Positions 1 to 11,929 of a stretch of DNA of 64,000 nt are shown one piece after another. Origin of the DNA: Candidatus Poribacteria bacterium. GTDB lineage: Bacteria > Poribacteria > WGA-4E > PCPOR2b. The stretch spans positions 3,840,001-3,904,000 of the forward strand of contig OZ244587.1 of assembly GCA_965218095.1 (NCBI GenBank). The letters are read 5' to 3'. The notes under the pieces are model-generated. The model did not search any database and was not told where the DNA came from. It worked only from the letters and a program-made list of their open reading frames with translations. A program made the translations under genes and the position numbers. The first letter of the stretch is position 1. Every line of letters starts with the position of its first letter.

Positions 1-321
1 ATAGCGGAAGCAGAAGGGTTGATACTTGGATATAAAAGCGAGTATGTGATTGGAGACAAGGGATATGACTCCGACAATTTTATCGCGGTTATTGAGGCGA
101 ATGGAGCGATTGCGGTGATACCGCCCAAAAGTCATCGTGTGGATCAAAGAGATTACGACAAACATCTGTACAAAGAGAGACATCGGGTTGAATGTTTCAT
201 TAACAAGATAAAATGGTATCGCCGTATCTTCTCTCGGTTCGAGAAGTTAGCTATCCGTTATTTTGGATTTCTCAGCTTTGTCGCCACTCTTATATGGCTC
301 CCTTGAAATGTCAACAGAACC
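1..321 (+). mobile_element. IS5-family (IS427-like) element, copy 1, right end only (orfB C-terminus 19..306)
   Basis: GDKGYDSD and YKERHRVECFINKIK DDE motifs; terminal repeat AAATGTCAACAGAACC ending at 321 followed by TAG; matches five other copies in the window. Confidence 0.95.
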
Positions 322-374
322 TAGCACCATTAGTTTATAAACATCAGGCTGTATCCGTTCAGATTATAGGATTT

Positions 375-409
375 TAACCTTGTGAAGGTTTCAAACCTTC
401 GCAAGGTTA
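375..409. repeat. REP-like palindrome TAACCTTGYGAAGGTT-N3-AACCTTCGCAAGGTTA, copy 1
   Basis: Near-perfect hairpin; second copy at 18507..18541. Confidence 0.8.
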
Positions 410-499
410 GGGCTCTCAAACCCTACATGCATGAATTTAGAAATAGACCAGTAAATCATTCAAAATGAGGTACATTGCAACAATACCCTCGTTATTCAA

Positions 500-1333
500 A
501 TGCCAATCCCAGACTACTACCGCACATTGGAAATAGGCCACCACGCAACGGCGGAGGAGATTAGGCAGGCATTCCGTAAGCTGGCGAAGCGATACCACCC
601 GGATAAAAATCCAGGAGAGGAGAAGTCCGCCGAGCGAATGTTCCGCCTGATCTGCATCGCCCATGAAATTCTTCGCGACCCGCAACGAAAGCTGAAATAC
701 GATCTCACGCTCAAAGCGACGGATAGAGAACGAGAGTTGCGCTCTCGCTACTTTGAAAATCTCAGAAAGTCAGAGCAAATTCAGCACAAGTATCAGCTGA
801 TGTTGCAGGAGTTTCTGAACGCAAACATTGAAGCCGGCATCCGGATTTACGAGCAGTTGAAACGCGAAGAGAAAAAGTTCCGTATTGACGATTTCTTGAG
901 CTATGAGGACAGCCGCGACTGTGAATTCCTGATCGCAGAGGCATACCAGACACTTGGGGATTATCGAACCGCTATGGAAATCTATCAATCATTAATCCAA
1001 TACGAAAAGCGTCGCCCGTGTTTTCACCACTTTATCGATGAAATTAAGGAACGATTGAAACAAATCTATTTTCATAGTCTCATGAACCCACAGCGCGTCG
1101 AAGACATCCCGACCGATTTAGAAGAGATTCGTGCTTTGAACTTGTCGAAACGTGAAACGTCGTGGATTTATAAAAAGTTAGCCGAGTTCTACGTCGATAT
1201 TAACTGGGTCTCCCAAGCGGAAGAGATGTTGACAGAGGCGTTTGAGCTCCACCCACGTCTGGCAGGGGCAAAGAAGATCTGTCAACAGTTGGGTATGGAA
1301 CATCTACTATCCCAAAACGGGAAGCATCAGTAA
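500..1333 (+). CDS. DnaJ (J-domain) protein with C-terminal TPR-like helices
   Basis: DYYxxLxI...IRQAFRKLAKRYHPDKN J-domain with HPD motif; helical TPR-like C-terminus. Confidence 0.88.
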   Translation: MPIPDYYRTLEIGHHATAEEIRQAFRKLAKRYHPDKNPGEEKSAERMFRLICIAHEILRDPQRKLKYDLTLKATDRERELRSRYFENLRKSEQIQHKYQLMLQEFLNANIEAGIRIYEQLKREEKKFRIDDFLSYEDSRDCEFLIAEAYQTLGDYRTAMEIYQSLIQYEKRRPCFHHFIDEIKERLKQIYFHSLMNPQRVEDIPTDLEEIRALNLSKRETSWIYKKLAEFYVDINWVSQAEEMLTEAFELHPRLAGAKKICQQLGMEHLLSQNGKHQ

Positions 1334-1433
1334 GTTGATTGTAACATCCATCGAATTTCCAAAACAAGGTGAAAGCCCGGATTCCATGTTCTATTTCTCC
1401 AGGTTGTGCATGGCGATGTGACTGATGGGATAA

Positions 1434-1700
1434 GTGTACTGCATCGAACAGCCTGTGCCAAGTCAAGAGGAGTTGAACGGTCCTGTTTTCCTTGACTTGA
1501 TGGCAGTAGACGACTTGGAGATTTGTGACCATGTTGTGACCATCCCTGATGAGCCAGGTTTGAGCGTGACGCCGGCTGGGGATTATCTGGCAGCGTATGT
1601 CTTGCCGTTGCAGATCTGAATCTCAAATCTCCATATAGTGGAGAGATCTTATGGATCTGCTTTCACCTTTCTTGATGGCAAAGTGGTCTATCGGAAATAA
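1434..1700 (+). pseudogene. Fused gene scraps: enolase-superfamily (mandelate racemase/MLE) fragment followed by an amidohydrolase C-terminal fragment
   Basis: IEQPVP...IPDEPGLSV resembles MR/MLE motifs with the middle deleted; TFLDGKVVYRK* at ~1665..1700 is a typical amidohydrolase C-terminus. Confidence 0.45.
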
Positions 1701-1742
1701 CGGCTCTGAGAATATTTGAACATTTAGCCACTTTCTTTACCT

Positions 1743-2954
1743 ATGCTCCAACAAATAAAATCAACTCCAAAAGCCAGAGGAAACCTCATTGTTGGGCAAT
1801 CCGGCAATCCAACAGCAGTATTCAATAGCTGTCTCTACGGCGTCATCTAGGAGGCGAGGCGCCACCCCGAGATCCAAAACATCTACGGCATGGCGCACAG
1901 CGTATGAGGACTTCTGAAAGGTGATCTGATCAATCTCGGGCGGCAGAAGCCCGAAACCTTCGAAGGGCTGAAAAACGCCTCATCTGCTGCGCTTGTTGTC
2001 AATCAAGATGCGTTTGCAGACGATGATTACAGCTGCGCTTTGGAAATCTGCGAAAAATATAAGAGCCGTTTCCTCATCTACATGGGCAACAGGAAGGCGA
2101 TGTCTACCGCAGATCGATTGGTAGAACTTGCTGACAGCGAAGGCTACCCGCTCTGTTGCATGGCGATTCCCCACTCCGTGGAGAACGACATTGGCTTTAC
2201 AGATCACTGCTTTGGCTACGGCACTGCAGCGCGGTGGAACGCAATCGTGACGGGAAATGTCGGACGCGATGCTGAAGCGCGCAGGATTGCAGAAGACGTC
2301 AAAATCATCGAAACAATGGGGCATAATTCAGGGTGGCTAGTTGCTGCGACAGCCTTGGCGAAAGATTCCAATAACAGCGCACCACACTTGATCTATCTCC
2401 CCGAAAGTGGACTTGATATAGCTCGATTCCTCGCTGATGTGGAGTCCGTATATAGCCGTTTAGGATACTGCCTCGTCACCGTCAGCGAGGGGGTGAAAGA
2501 CAAGGAGGGCAGCTCCCTTGACCCAGACGATCAGTCGGAAGAAAGCGTGGGTGTGTATCTGTGCAGTCTGATTGCGAAGAAACTCAAGCTCAAAGCAAGT
2601 TGCGACAAACTTAGCATGTTCTCCCAGTCGGTGACGCAGCCTACCTCAGAAGTCGATTCAGGGGAAGCGCTAATGGCGGGACAAGCCGTTGTCCGTTGCG
2701 CTGTTGATGGAATGAACGGCTTCATGATTACGATTTCTTGACACTTAGATCCGAACAAGCCTTACAGTTCATCGATCGGTATGGTACGGTTCAGGCTGGG
2801 AGCGAAATCTGAGAGAGTTGTCCCCGAAAATTTCATTAACGAGGCAGGTGCCTTTGTCACAGAGGCGTTTTGGACGTATGCGCTGCCGTTGATTGGGGAG
2901 AGCCTACCGGAATATGTGCGGTTGGAGCGGATTCCGGTGGATCCAACTGACTGA
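1743..2954 (+). pseudogene. Phosphofructokinase (PfkA/PPi-Pfp family) pseudogene
   Basis: Single frame GNLIVGQSGNPTAVFNS...IETMGHNSGWL...APHLIYLPE...YALPLIG, interrupted by in-frame TAG 1848, TGA 1905 and TGA 2739. Confidence 0.88.
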
Positions 2955-3263
2955 CAATTCCGAACCAGTCCGGAGGAAAAACATGAAAATATACGAGTTT
3001 TTCACTTAGCTACCTCAGATCGACTGGAATCAGTAAATATGCGGGTTTGAGAACAGGATATTCGGTTCGCAGGACACTGATTATGACTGAATTCCTGCCA
3101 TAACTGAAAAAGTCGTAAAAATAGAAGAAACATGTACCCAAACCCATCGGTGGGGCACATTGCTTGCCAAGTCCACTCAGACGGTGCGGATCAAGGTGAA
3201 ATCTGTTTTTTTGGATCGCATCGCAGCTACCTTCGCTGCACGCCCCCACAGTTAATCCCGGTT

Positions 3264-6200
3264 CTAACGCAAAACCACCAACTTGCCTGTCTTCTCCGTT
3301 ACCTCTCCCTCCTTTTCGGCAGTGAGCTTGTAAAGATACACGCCGTTGGATAGTTCCTCGCCATCCGCATCCAAACCCTCCCAGTGGAATTCGTTGTATC
3401 CCGCAAAACTCTCAAGGGTGTCTATCAATGCGACCAAGCGCCCGGTAATTGTATAGACCCTTAAAGTTACCGTGTCTGCGTCTGAAGTGAGGAGGTAAGC
3501 GAAATCCGTCCCTTGCCGGTTCCTGGCCCCGGGGACAAAGGGATTGGGATAGTTCGCAACCTTTTCAATCTCGAATTCCCCTGCGACACGGAATTGGATT
3601 TCTGCTTGATTGGCATTTCCGTTTGCGTCTTGAGCTTGCAAGGCGATTTGATGCGTCCCTGCACGCAAGCTGGGTGTATAGGACAAAAATGCGAGATTGG
3701 AATTCGTTGGGGAAACGGAAATCGTATATTCCGTTGAAGGGATAATCTCTCGATTTTTCGTGAGAGTGATGTGCTCTGGACAGAGGTCAATGCCATTTGC
3801 ATCGACAAGCATTGCTGAAATCACGGGCGTATCAGAAACGTAATCGCCATCAATGAAGCCCTGATGCTCAACAGTCAGGCTGAGTTCCGGATCGGTAAAG
3901 TCGCTATTGATTATCAGCGCATAGCGTCCCGGTAGAGGCACGGATTGCGCCGTGATCTGATTCGCCGACACCCAATCTCCTCCGATCACGATCCATTTCT
4001 GCGTTGCTTCATCCCGCCGATAAATCCTCATCTGCACCCCATCTGCGTTTTGCGCTGAATCCATGTTGAAGGTAAGCGTCGCCATTATGTCAGGAGTTGC
4101 TTCGCCAATCAAATCTAGTTGATAAGCAGATGTGGTGGAAACTCCCGGTAGTGGAACATAGCGGAGATTCGGCTGATCAACGATGGGCATTTCCGGCTGT
4201 TGATCAAGGATGAGCACAGCATTCCCCTGAAAACCTCCGGCAACAAGGGAAATGGTCAGATTGTCGTCTGTGCTTTGGATGGGAGTGTTCATCTTGTCAG
4301 AGGTGATTAGGAAACGGTTGCCGATAAATTCTTTTGTCGCGAGGTTGTTAGCCTCGTTCTGTTCAATGATAGTTCCTTGAGTCGAGCGATTCGATGGGGG
4401 ATCAACGATGACGGTGACTTCGTAGACGCCATGCGCTGATTGCCAAGGGATGCTCACAAGTGTCGTTTCATTAGCAGGTATCTGCTCAATGAGCCCGTCC
4501 ACACCGATCTGGGAATCTCCGTCAAGGAAACGGACGTGGATTCCGTGTGCTGCCAGCCCACCAATATTTTAATCGTTGCTGACAGGAGTAGTGGCAGCTC
4601 GAGCCCCCACTGAATCCCTTTTGCAGTGATAGTGAGGGCCGGACGAGTTTCCACACGATAGAAGCTGATTGGCGTTTTTGTTGTGCGTCTACTTCGATCT
4701 ACCGTCTCGATGTAGTAATTGACAAACGTACTTGTTGGTTGAGGAGGCAGCGGTTGTTGTGTGCGATATCGGATGCCTGTCTGTCGAGCCATTGGGATTT
4801 GGCGCCATTCCGCCCGATCCAGCGACCAGAAGACGGTGACGGATTGGAGGCCGCTTGTTCCCGCAACGTCTGCGAGCAGGTGGACGGGGTGTTCTAGTGG
4901 AACGGGTTGAGGTTCAGTACGCACGTTATCAATCAGCGGTTGGGATATGCTAAAAGTTGCGTGACCAACGGCATCCTGCCTGTCGTTCCAGGTGTAGACG
5001 CTGACACTGCCGACACTTGGCTGCGCCGACTGAGGCAGGACAAACTGCGTTGTGAACCTCCCATTAACGACACTCACAACTTCCCGATGAATGGGTAACT
5101 TCCGCTTCGCTGAATTCTCGGCGAAACCGGAACCACTTTCATCTGCCGATTCGGCAGCGTCAAATATCGTGATTTCTGCCTGCCCCGTAAATCCGCGATC
5201 TATTACATTCCCTGAAATCACTATGGGTTGGTTTGTATCAACTGCGCGAGTGACAGTGAGTTTTACCTGTGAGCGTGGTAGTGCTAAGGCAACGGCCGGA
5301 TCGCCAAACAGCATGAACATCTCCACTAAATCGATATAACCGGGATTTTTGGTGAGAAAACGAATCTTGGCATCGGCAATGATCTCACCGATGATACGGG
5401 TATGGTCATTAAAAATCGAATCGAAGATCTCCTGATTGAGGAAAAAATCTCCGAATAGCCAGCCAAGCCCAGTGGCACCCAGAAAAGCGATTGCACCGCC
5501 ATCCTTTGCGCGAACCATTTCCTCCGCAAGGCAATCCCCACGCGGGTTATCGAAGTATCCTGTGAAGCAGGTCATACTAGTCACGAACGGTAAACGCTGT
5601 CCATTCTCTAATAACGGAACATCTTCCAGTCCCATCATTCGGTTATCCGTCCAAATACTCCCACCGCCGTGTCCAAGAAAATTGACAATCGCTACGCCCC
5701 GGTTAATACCCTCAATCACTTCCCGCGCACCGCCGTATATCAGCGCGGTTGGGTCGTCGGCATAGATCCGAGTCGGTGCAAACTCTGGACGAACTTTGCC
5801 TGTAATGAGGCTATTGTTCTGGCAACTGAATTCCTTCCCAACGCCACCCAACATCAACAACTGTTTGCGCCATGGCCCAATCTCCGGCGTTTTTTCATAC
5901 GCGATGATCCGGTTCACCATCACACCCAGGTCAATTAGATTCGATACCGGCAATCGTCCAATCAGCATGTCCGTGAGTGAATCTTCGCCGCGAAATGTGA
6001 CAAACTGATGATCGCTTGCAGCCGCGCCGTACTTGGGGGTTTGAATCAGGATTGACGGCACAAAGTTTTTCCCTTTCCGGTAGTCCTAGCTGGTATCACC
6101 GACCAGCAGGATATAGGTTGGTGCGGGCGGCTACCAATTCTCGTAGGCATAAGCTATCGCATGCGGGTTGAAGATGCCGTGGTTGAAATCGTCGTAGATG

Positions 6201-7270
6201 TCCTGAACGTCGATTGCCTTGACGCGCAATCCCCCCTGACGCCGCTAGTCGGCGAGATCGGAGACGCCGGGCATGAGGCTTTCGTGCGTGATGAGGAGAT
6301 AATCCGCACCGCTGCTGTGGTCTCGCAGGTCGGCGGGCGCGTCTTCAATGATTGCCTTCGGCTCATGGAATTGATCGCGAGTCAGGGCAATATACTCGAT
6401 TAGTTCCTTACGCGGCTGTATGCTCTGGGTGGCTTGGAAACTGACCTGATAAATGCCGGGATTACGCTCGTCAGGGGAGGCGTTTAATCCTGCATAGCGT
6501 GTTCCATTGACAGCGTAGATCTCGACATCCGGCTTAGAAAAGTTGCTGAGGACAACGCGAAAGTGTGGGCGCTCGGGGGTATGGGGAATAGAAAACGGCA
6601 GTGTATCCGCTTGGGCCGTAAAGTCCCGCCAATAATCAATTTCGATCCAGTTAAGCAGAACCTGATCCAATACCTCAGCCACAGTATCACCGGGCGTGAT
6701 AACCGTAATCGTATTGTTACCGTTTTTCAGAAAAAACTGAGAGATTTCATCACTTTCAAAAAGGTGCTCGCTCTGCCCATCCCACAGTGTATCTTCCAAC
6801 AGGGTCTGCCCATTGAGCCAGATCTGCGTGTGGTGATCGGGATTGGTGGAGTTATTCGTCTGACCCCGTAACATGACACGCATCGCTATGTTGAGGGAGG
6901 TCTCAGCGACATCCGGCAAATCAAATGTGAACATCCGCACGCCTAGGGCGGGGAGGGTCGCCCAATACCAGCTATCATTCGGAAGTGGCGGAAGCGAAAG
7001 CACATCGCCCACACGTTTGAACACACCTCCCCGAAAGAGTTGAAATTGCGCACCGCTATTTTCGTTCACAAGCGCCAACCGGACAAAGAGCCGATCTTCC
7101 TCAAAATGGGCACGGGCGCGAAAGCAACGGTGGGGGCGGAGGGATTCGCGCCCAAGATCTGGTGAGGCGACAAGTTCAATTTCGGGTTCATTGGCAACGC
7201 TTTCAAGGGGAACAAAATACCCCGAAAGCAGAAGGACTGCCAGAAAACAGAAAATTTGCCGATTTTTCAC
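3264..7270 (-). pseudogene. Large secreted C25 (gingipain/PorU-like) peptidase with CARDB/Ig domains and C-terminal FlgD-Ig/T9SS-like sorting domain; disrupted
   Basis: Signal peptide; ADYLLITH, IGRLPV, NFLGHGG, SMTCFTGYF and LFGDPA C25 motifs; NYPNPF...WEGLDADGEELSNGVYLYKL tail; in-frame TAGs at 6245, 6131, 6086 and a frameshift near 4560..4500. Confidence 0.85.
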
Positions 7271-7277
7271 GTCAGTC

Positions 7278-7871
7278 TTACTTCTCCGCTAAGTGATAGA
7301 CTTCGATCTCGCGGATTTGCGCCCTGGCCGGCTTGACGACACGATAGTGTGGATAATAAGCGCCCGCAAGCGTCATCCTTCTATCCACGATCTTATCGCC
7401 GCGCTCGGCTATGGGCTTTGTAATAATCTGATCATCGACTGTGCGAGATACATTAATCCGAATCATGTTCGTCTGGAAGTTTAACCGGTCAATGACGTAC
7501 CGGGGTTGAGCGTTTTGGTTGCCAATATCCCGCCGCTGACGCACGGAATGGACGGTTTTCCATTCTAAAGCCTCGGTATCCCAGTAATCCACATAAAACC
7601 AGAACAGATTACCGTTATGAATAATGATTTTCCGAACAGGTTTTACCGCAGGGAATTTAAGGGTAAAAACGCGTTCATTTTTTGCTTCAGTCACAGCAAT
7701 GGGATCTAGCTTTCCATCGTTGAGCGCCGGATGATTCCCTTCCGCTCCATAGGTGGCCAGCGCAAAGTTCTTGCTCCACGGCGTTGATAACATTGATGAC
7801 CAGACACAACCAGATAAGCTCACACAAATCAATAACAGGACACATACTCCAAATTGTCTTAGTCGGTGCAT
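7278..7871 (-). CDS. Putative lipoprotein with discoidin/F5-8-like beta-sandwich
   Basis: Lipobox-like LSGC after hydrophobic stretch; NFAL...ALNDG...IREIEVY pattern. Confidence 0.6.
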   Translation of the reverse strand: MHRLRQFGVCVLLLICVSLSGCVWSSMLSTPWSKNFALATYGAEGNHPALNDGKLDPIAVTEAKNERVFTLKFPAVKPVRKIIIHNGNLFWFYVDYWDTEALEWKTVHSVRQRRDIGNQNAQPRYVIDRLNFQTNMIRINVSRTVDDQIITKPIAERGDKIVDRRMTLAGAYYPHYRVVKPARAQIREIEVYHLAEK

Positions 7872-7917
7872 TTTTTTACCTCGCAAAATTATTTGAACAT
7901 GAAGTGCCGCAAGCGGG

Positions 7918-8727
7918 CTATCCAGATAAGGATTGGTATTTCGATGCTGAACGCACTGTACGATCCGTGCTAAAAATAGGACGGATTCTATGGGCTTCAT
8001 GTTTAGAAGGAAGCCATCTGCGTTGAAACTGCCGGATCAAAAACATCCCGGCCCCAAATCCACCAATGTGCGCCGCCCAGGCGATTGGCGCACATTGGTA
8101 AGAAAAATAGGCATCGAATAACTGAATGAAGATCCAAGGCACAAGCACAACGCTCGCCGGCAACGAGACAATATAGATCAAGAGAAGGCATCGCACACGC
8201 GCTTTGGGACAGGCGATAACGTGTCCTCCCATTACGCCGGCGATTGCGCCACTTGCACCAATCAAAGGTAAATCAGAATTGTAGTGAGTCATCGCGTAAA
8301 AAAGAGTCGCGGATACACCACATAACAGATAAAACAGAAGGAATTTCAAACTTCCAATCATCTTCTCAAGATTCGGTCCGAAAGCCGACAGGTAAAGCAT
8401 GTTGCCGATAAGGTGAATAAATCCTCCCTGCAGAATGTGAACATCATGCAGGAAGAGACAGGTAATCAGCGCCTTGTGGAAAAGGTTCGGAAGTGGCGGC
8501 AAGAACGGATACCGATGAATAATCTGGTGGGGAATTGCCCCATACTCTTGTATGAGGAGCGGGACTTGATGGTACGCATAAAGCTGATACGCAAAAACCA
8601 GAATATTCGTGATGATTAAAAGTTGTACCGCACGCGGCTTGAAAGATTCTTGCGCCGACGGTGCGCCTGGCAATGGAATGAACAAGATATCACATCCTTT
8701 TCCTACGCAATACACACTACGTTTCAC
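7918..8727 (-). CDS. Rhomboid family intramembrane serine protease
   Basis: HLIGNMLYL, GASGAIAG and AHIGGF catalytic motifs; true start probably slightly downstream. Confidence 0.93.
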   Translation of the reverse strand: MKRSVYCVGKGCDILFIPLPGAPSAQESFKPRAVQLLIITNILVFAYQLYAYHQVPLLIQEYGAIPHQIIHRYPFLPPLPNLFHKALITCLFLHDVHILQGGFIHLIGNMLYLSAFGPNLEKMIGSLKFLLFYLLCGVSATLFYAMTHYNSDLPLIGASGAIAGVMGGHVIACPKARVRCLLLIYIVSLPASVVLVPWIFIQLFDAYFSYQCAPIAWAAHIGGFGAGMFLIRQFQRRWLPSKHEAHRIRPIFSTDRTVRSASKYQSLSG

Positions 8728-8737
8728 GCATTACGTT

Positions 8738-9016
8738 TCATGTTTCACTCGACACATCAAACCGATCAATGATACCCATAACCAGTTCTCTTATCGGTGC
8801 GTTTTCGATCTCGAAGACCTCCTGGGCAACGCCCGGTCCGGCCCCGACGAGAACGATATCCCCTTCACCTGCACCAACATAATCAACAGCAATCGTCGGT
8901 GTCCGCACCAGCTTCGATTCCAAACTCAACGGTTGAACAAGTAACAAGGTTCGGTTCTTATAAGCAGGGTGCTTAATAACCGAGACAACTTTCCCGATCA
9001 CCTTTGCAATGTACAT
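8738..9016 (-). CDS. eutN: EutN/CcmL family microcompartment vertex (BMC-P) protein
   Basis: MYIAKVIGKVVS...AVDYVGAGEGDIVLV...GIID pattern. Confidence 0.92.
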   Translation of the reverse strand: MYIAKVIGKVVSVIKHPAYKNRTLLLVQPLSLESKLVRTPTIAVDYVGAGEGDIVLVGAGPGVAQEVFEIENAPIRELVMGIIDRFDVSSET

Positions 9017-9300
9017 TACGCCTCCGCTTCTTCAGTTGTGGTAATCGAATCAACAATCCCAACGACAGCGACATCAACGGGCATTTGACGGGTTGAAGAG
9101 ACAACCGTGGCATCCCCTCCGGTGACCATATAGATCAGATCGCCATAACCTGCCGTCCCCTGTGTGTCAACAGCGACGAGCGGAGAGCCAACCGATTCAC
9201 CCCTTTCATCCAGAGGCTGCACAATCAAAAGGCGACCGCCGACCAGGCTCGGATCCTTTCGAGGCGCCACGATTGTTCCGATGATCTTTCCAATATCCAT
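9016..9300 (-). CDS. eutN: EutN/CcmL family microcompartment vertex (BMC-P) protein
   Basis: MDIGKIIGTIVA..KDPSL.G.RLLIVQP...AVD...AG.GD...PVDVAVVGIVD pattern. Confidence 0.93.
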   Translation of the reverse strand: MDIGKIIGTIVAPRKDPSLVGGRLLIVQPLDERGESVGSPLVAVDTQGTAGYGDLIYMVTGGDATVVSSTRQMPVDVAVVGIVDSITTTEEAEA

Positions 9301-9306
9301 AAGGCG

Positions 9307-10761
9307 TTACCGACTCTGAATCCCATACTCTTCTATCTTGGAATGCAGTGTGTTTCGATTGATTCCAAGAATTTCAGCGGCTTTGCTGCGATTCCAACTG
9401 GTTCGTTTAAGAACTAGCTCAAACAGCGGTTTTTCAACAGCCACACGGATCTCTGCTTGAAGCGATCCGGTGACTGCTCCGGATTCAATGAGTTCATCCA
9501 CCCGCTCCTGTATCAGAGTGGAAAGGCGACTTTCAAAACTTGTCACAGCCGTCGTCGCAGGCTGAGTTGTGCTTCCCGACAGTTCTGGAAAGTGTTCCGG
9601 GAGAAGCACCTGAGCTGAGCGCATCACAAGCGCGCGCTTGAGGGTGTTTTCAAGTTCACGCACGTTTCCGGGCCAATCATAAGCCATCAATAGTTTGAAT
9701 GCTTCGGGGGAGATTGCCGTCTTAGGCAGACCATAATCTTCAACGAAGCGGGTAATAAAGAGATCCACGAGGTCGGGGATATCCTCTTTCCGTTCACGCA
9801 GGGGAGGCAGATAAATCGGCACCACATTGAGCCGATAGAACAGATCCTCTCGAAAGCTGCCCTCCTGGATTGCCAAATCAAGCCGTCGATTTGTGGCGGC
9901 AACTACTCGTACATCCACCTTGCGAATCTCATTGGATCCGATCGGTTCAACTTCCCGTTCCTGGAGAACACGCAGCAATTTCATCTGAACTTCTATCGGT
10001 AATTCGCCGACCTCGTCCAGAAAAATCGTTCCTCCGTCTGCCTGCTCAAATTTGCCCTGGCGTGCTGTGTCTGCTCCGGTATATGCCCCCTTAACATGCC
10101 CAAAAAGCGCACTCTCAATCAGGTTTGAAGGGATGGCACTACAATCGACCACCACAAATTCCGCATCCGCTCTCCGACTATTTTGGTGAATCGCCTTGGC
10201 AACGGATTCCTTACCGGTACCGCTCTCTCCTATAATCAAAACCGTTTCATCACTGATCGCCGCCCGTCCGATGGTCAGGTAGACCGCATGCATCACATCG
10301 CTCTCCCCAACGATCTGGCTGCCCATATCCTGTCCATCTTGGGACGTAACCCCATCTCGCAGCGGTTGATCTTCCACTGTCGCTGTTTTCGCTTGATCGG
10401 CGGCGTACACGGCGCGAGATACTAAAGATCGGATTTCTTTGATGTCGAAAGGCTTGGTCACATAGTCGTAGGCGCGGCGTTTTGCAGCCTCGATCGCAGT
10501 TTGCGTCGTGCCGTGTGCGGTGATGATAATGATCGATGCGGTTTTATTGATCTCCTGAAGTTCTTCAATCAGGTCCAATCCATTGACATCAGGCATAAAG
10601 ATATCGAGAAAGATCGCGTCGATTGCTTCTGAACGGAAGAAATCGATGGTCTCTTCCCCGTTTCGCGCGGAGAATATGCGATACCCTTCTTTCTGCAGGG
10701 CTTTCTCCAGAACAAAGCGAATGCTATCGTCGTCGTCAGCGATAAGAATTGCGTGCGTCAT
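9307..10761 (-). CDS. Sigma-54-dependent NtrC-family response regulator
   Basis: REC domain, GESGTGKE Walker A, GAYTGA loop, FLDEVGE, WPGNVREL, C-terminal Fis HTH. Confidence 0.96.
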   Translation of the reverse strand: MTHAILIADDDDSIRFVLEKALQKEGYRIFSARNGEETIDFFRSEAIDAIFLDIFMPDVNGLDLIEELQEINKTASIIIITAHGTTQTAIEAAKRRAYDYVTKPFDIKEIRSLVSRAVYAADQAKTATVEDQPLRDGVTSQDGQDMGSQIVGESDVMHAVYLTIGRAAISDETVLIIGESGTGKESVAKAIHQNSRRADAEFVVVDCSAIPSNLIESALFGHVKGAYTGADTARQGKFEQADGGTIFLDEVGELPIEVQMKLLRVLQEREVEPIGSNEIRKVDVRVVAATNRRLDLAIQEGSFREDLFYRLNVVPIYLPPLRERKEDIPDLVDLFITRFVEDYGLPKTAISPEAFKLLMAYDWPGNVRELENTLKRALVMRSAQVLLPEHFPELSGSTTQPATTAVTSFESRLSTLIQERVDELIESGAVTGSLQAEIRVAVEKPLFELVLKRTSWNRSKAAEILGINRNTLHSKIEEYGIQSR

Positions 10762-10779
10762 AGAGATCTAATAATAGTT

Positions 10780-11870
10780 TAGGACTTACGCAAGAGTCAT
10801 TGGAATAGAAGGTGAAAGCAGTTGCTGACGCAGATAATCGTCAAGCAGTGACTCCTTGAGTTGGTAAATCATCTTGCCGGTCTGACGGGCGAGACGATTG
10901 AGTTTGACCCGGACTCACATCGAACACCCAATATGATTTCTCACCCCCCTCTGTTTGCGACACTGGCAGCGTTGAAGACCGGTGACCTGTTTGGCTTGTC
11001 GGTGAAATTGCTCAATCTTCCAACGAGTCGTCGAATCTTGAGTGAGGTTGTTGGTCACGACATATTCCGTGCGCTCGGTGGAGCGCACAAACTTCACTCG
11101 ATGACCTTTGGGGAAATTCTTCAGGTGGATGGATTTTCCATGGGTCTGTTGGGTTTCACTCCAGTTGAGTTGGTCAATTCTTTGGTGTGGGTGTTTGCCA
11201 TCCGAATCGTCAACACGACGGTTGCTCTTTAGCGGACAATAGTAGACCTTTTCAAGCCGTTGAATGTAAACAAGCACTTGACGGGAGGCATACCAACTGT
11301 CAACTAAAACGGTTGTAAAGGGAAGGTTTTTGTCAAAACTCGCATTGCGCAACATCTCAAGTTGCTTTGAATCCCGATCTTATCGGGGTAGATGGTCAAT
11401 TTTACTTTTGCTATCGCGGTCGGGGTCATAGATACGATAATCAACAATCCAGAACGCATTCACATCTAGGTTAACATATATCATCGTGACTCTGCCGATA
11501 CCCCGGATAACTCGCTTGGCATTACCACTCCCTTGCCGACGAGAAGGTTCGATTTTCGACGAATAGTTCTTATCAGCGGCGGTATCGTCAAACAACAGAT
11601 AACCGTTATCCGAAAAGCGGATGTCGTCTTTGACGTTTTCCCAGACTTCTCTGGGGGTAATTCTCTCGTTTCTCAGGTAGCGGTTGATTTGGTCATGACT
11701 CCACTTTTGGGTGTGGTTAGCAAAGTAAGTCTGTGTGTAATTGATGTGGCTGACCAACAAGAACTGGCAATAATCCAATTGAAGGTTAGGCTGGTTTCCA
11801 GTGAATGTTATCATAAGGTCATATTATGAGGTCATATTATGCCATAATTGGCTGGGTTGCGTAAGGCCTA
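10780..11870 (-). mobile_element. IS701-family element with degraded transposase (10915..11814 in pieces)
   Basis: Ends TAGGACTTACGCAA / TTGCGTAAGGCCTA with a 4-bp AGTT duplication; FDDT.ADK, VDSWYA and RWKIEQFHR motifs; frameshift and small deletions; 13-bp tandem duplication at 11816..11841. Confidence 0.88.
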
Positions 11871-11929
11871 AGTTTTATGAACTGAGATTAATAGCTGCAA
11901 AAGGGGCATCAGTGCTATGGATTCGGTGT

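Noticed and set aside
6086-6247. TAG reassignment or amber readthrough to explain the many in-frame TAGs
   Set aside because: argS, rsfS, yqeK and the radical SAM gene end at TAG. The internal TAGs fall at both Gln-like and Trp/Tyr-like positions, and the same genes also carry TGA stops, frameshifts or deletions. No pyl genes are visible.
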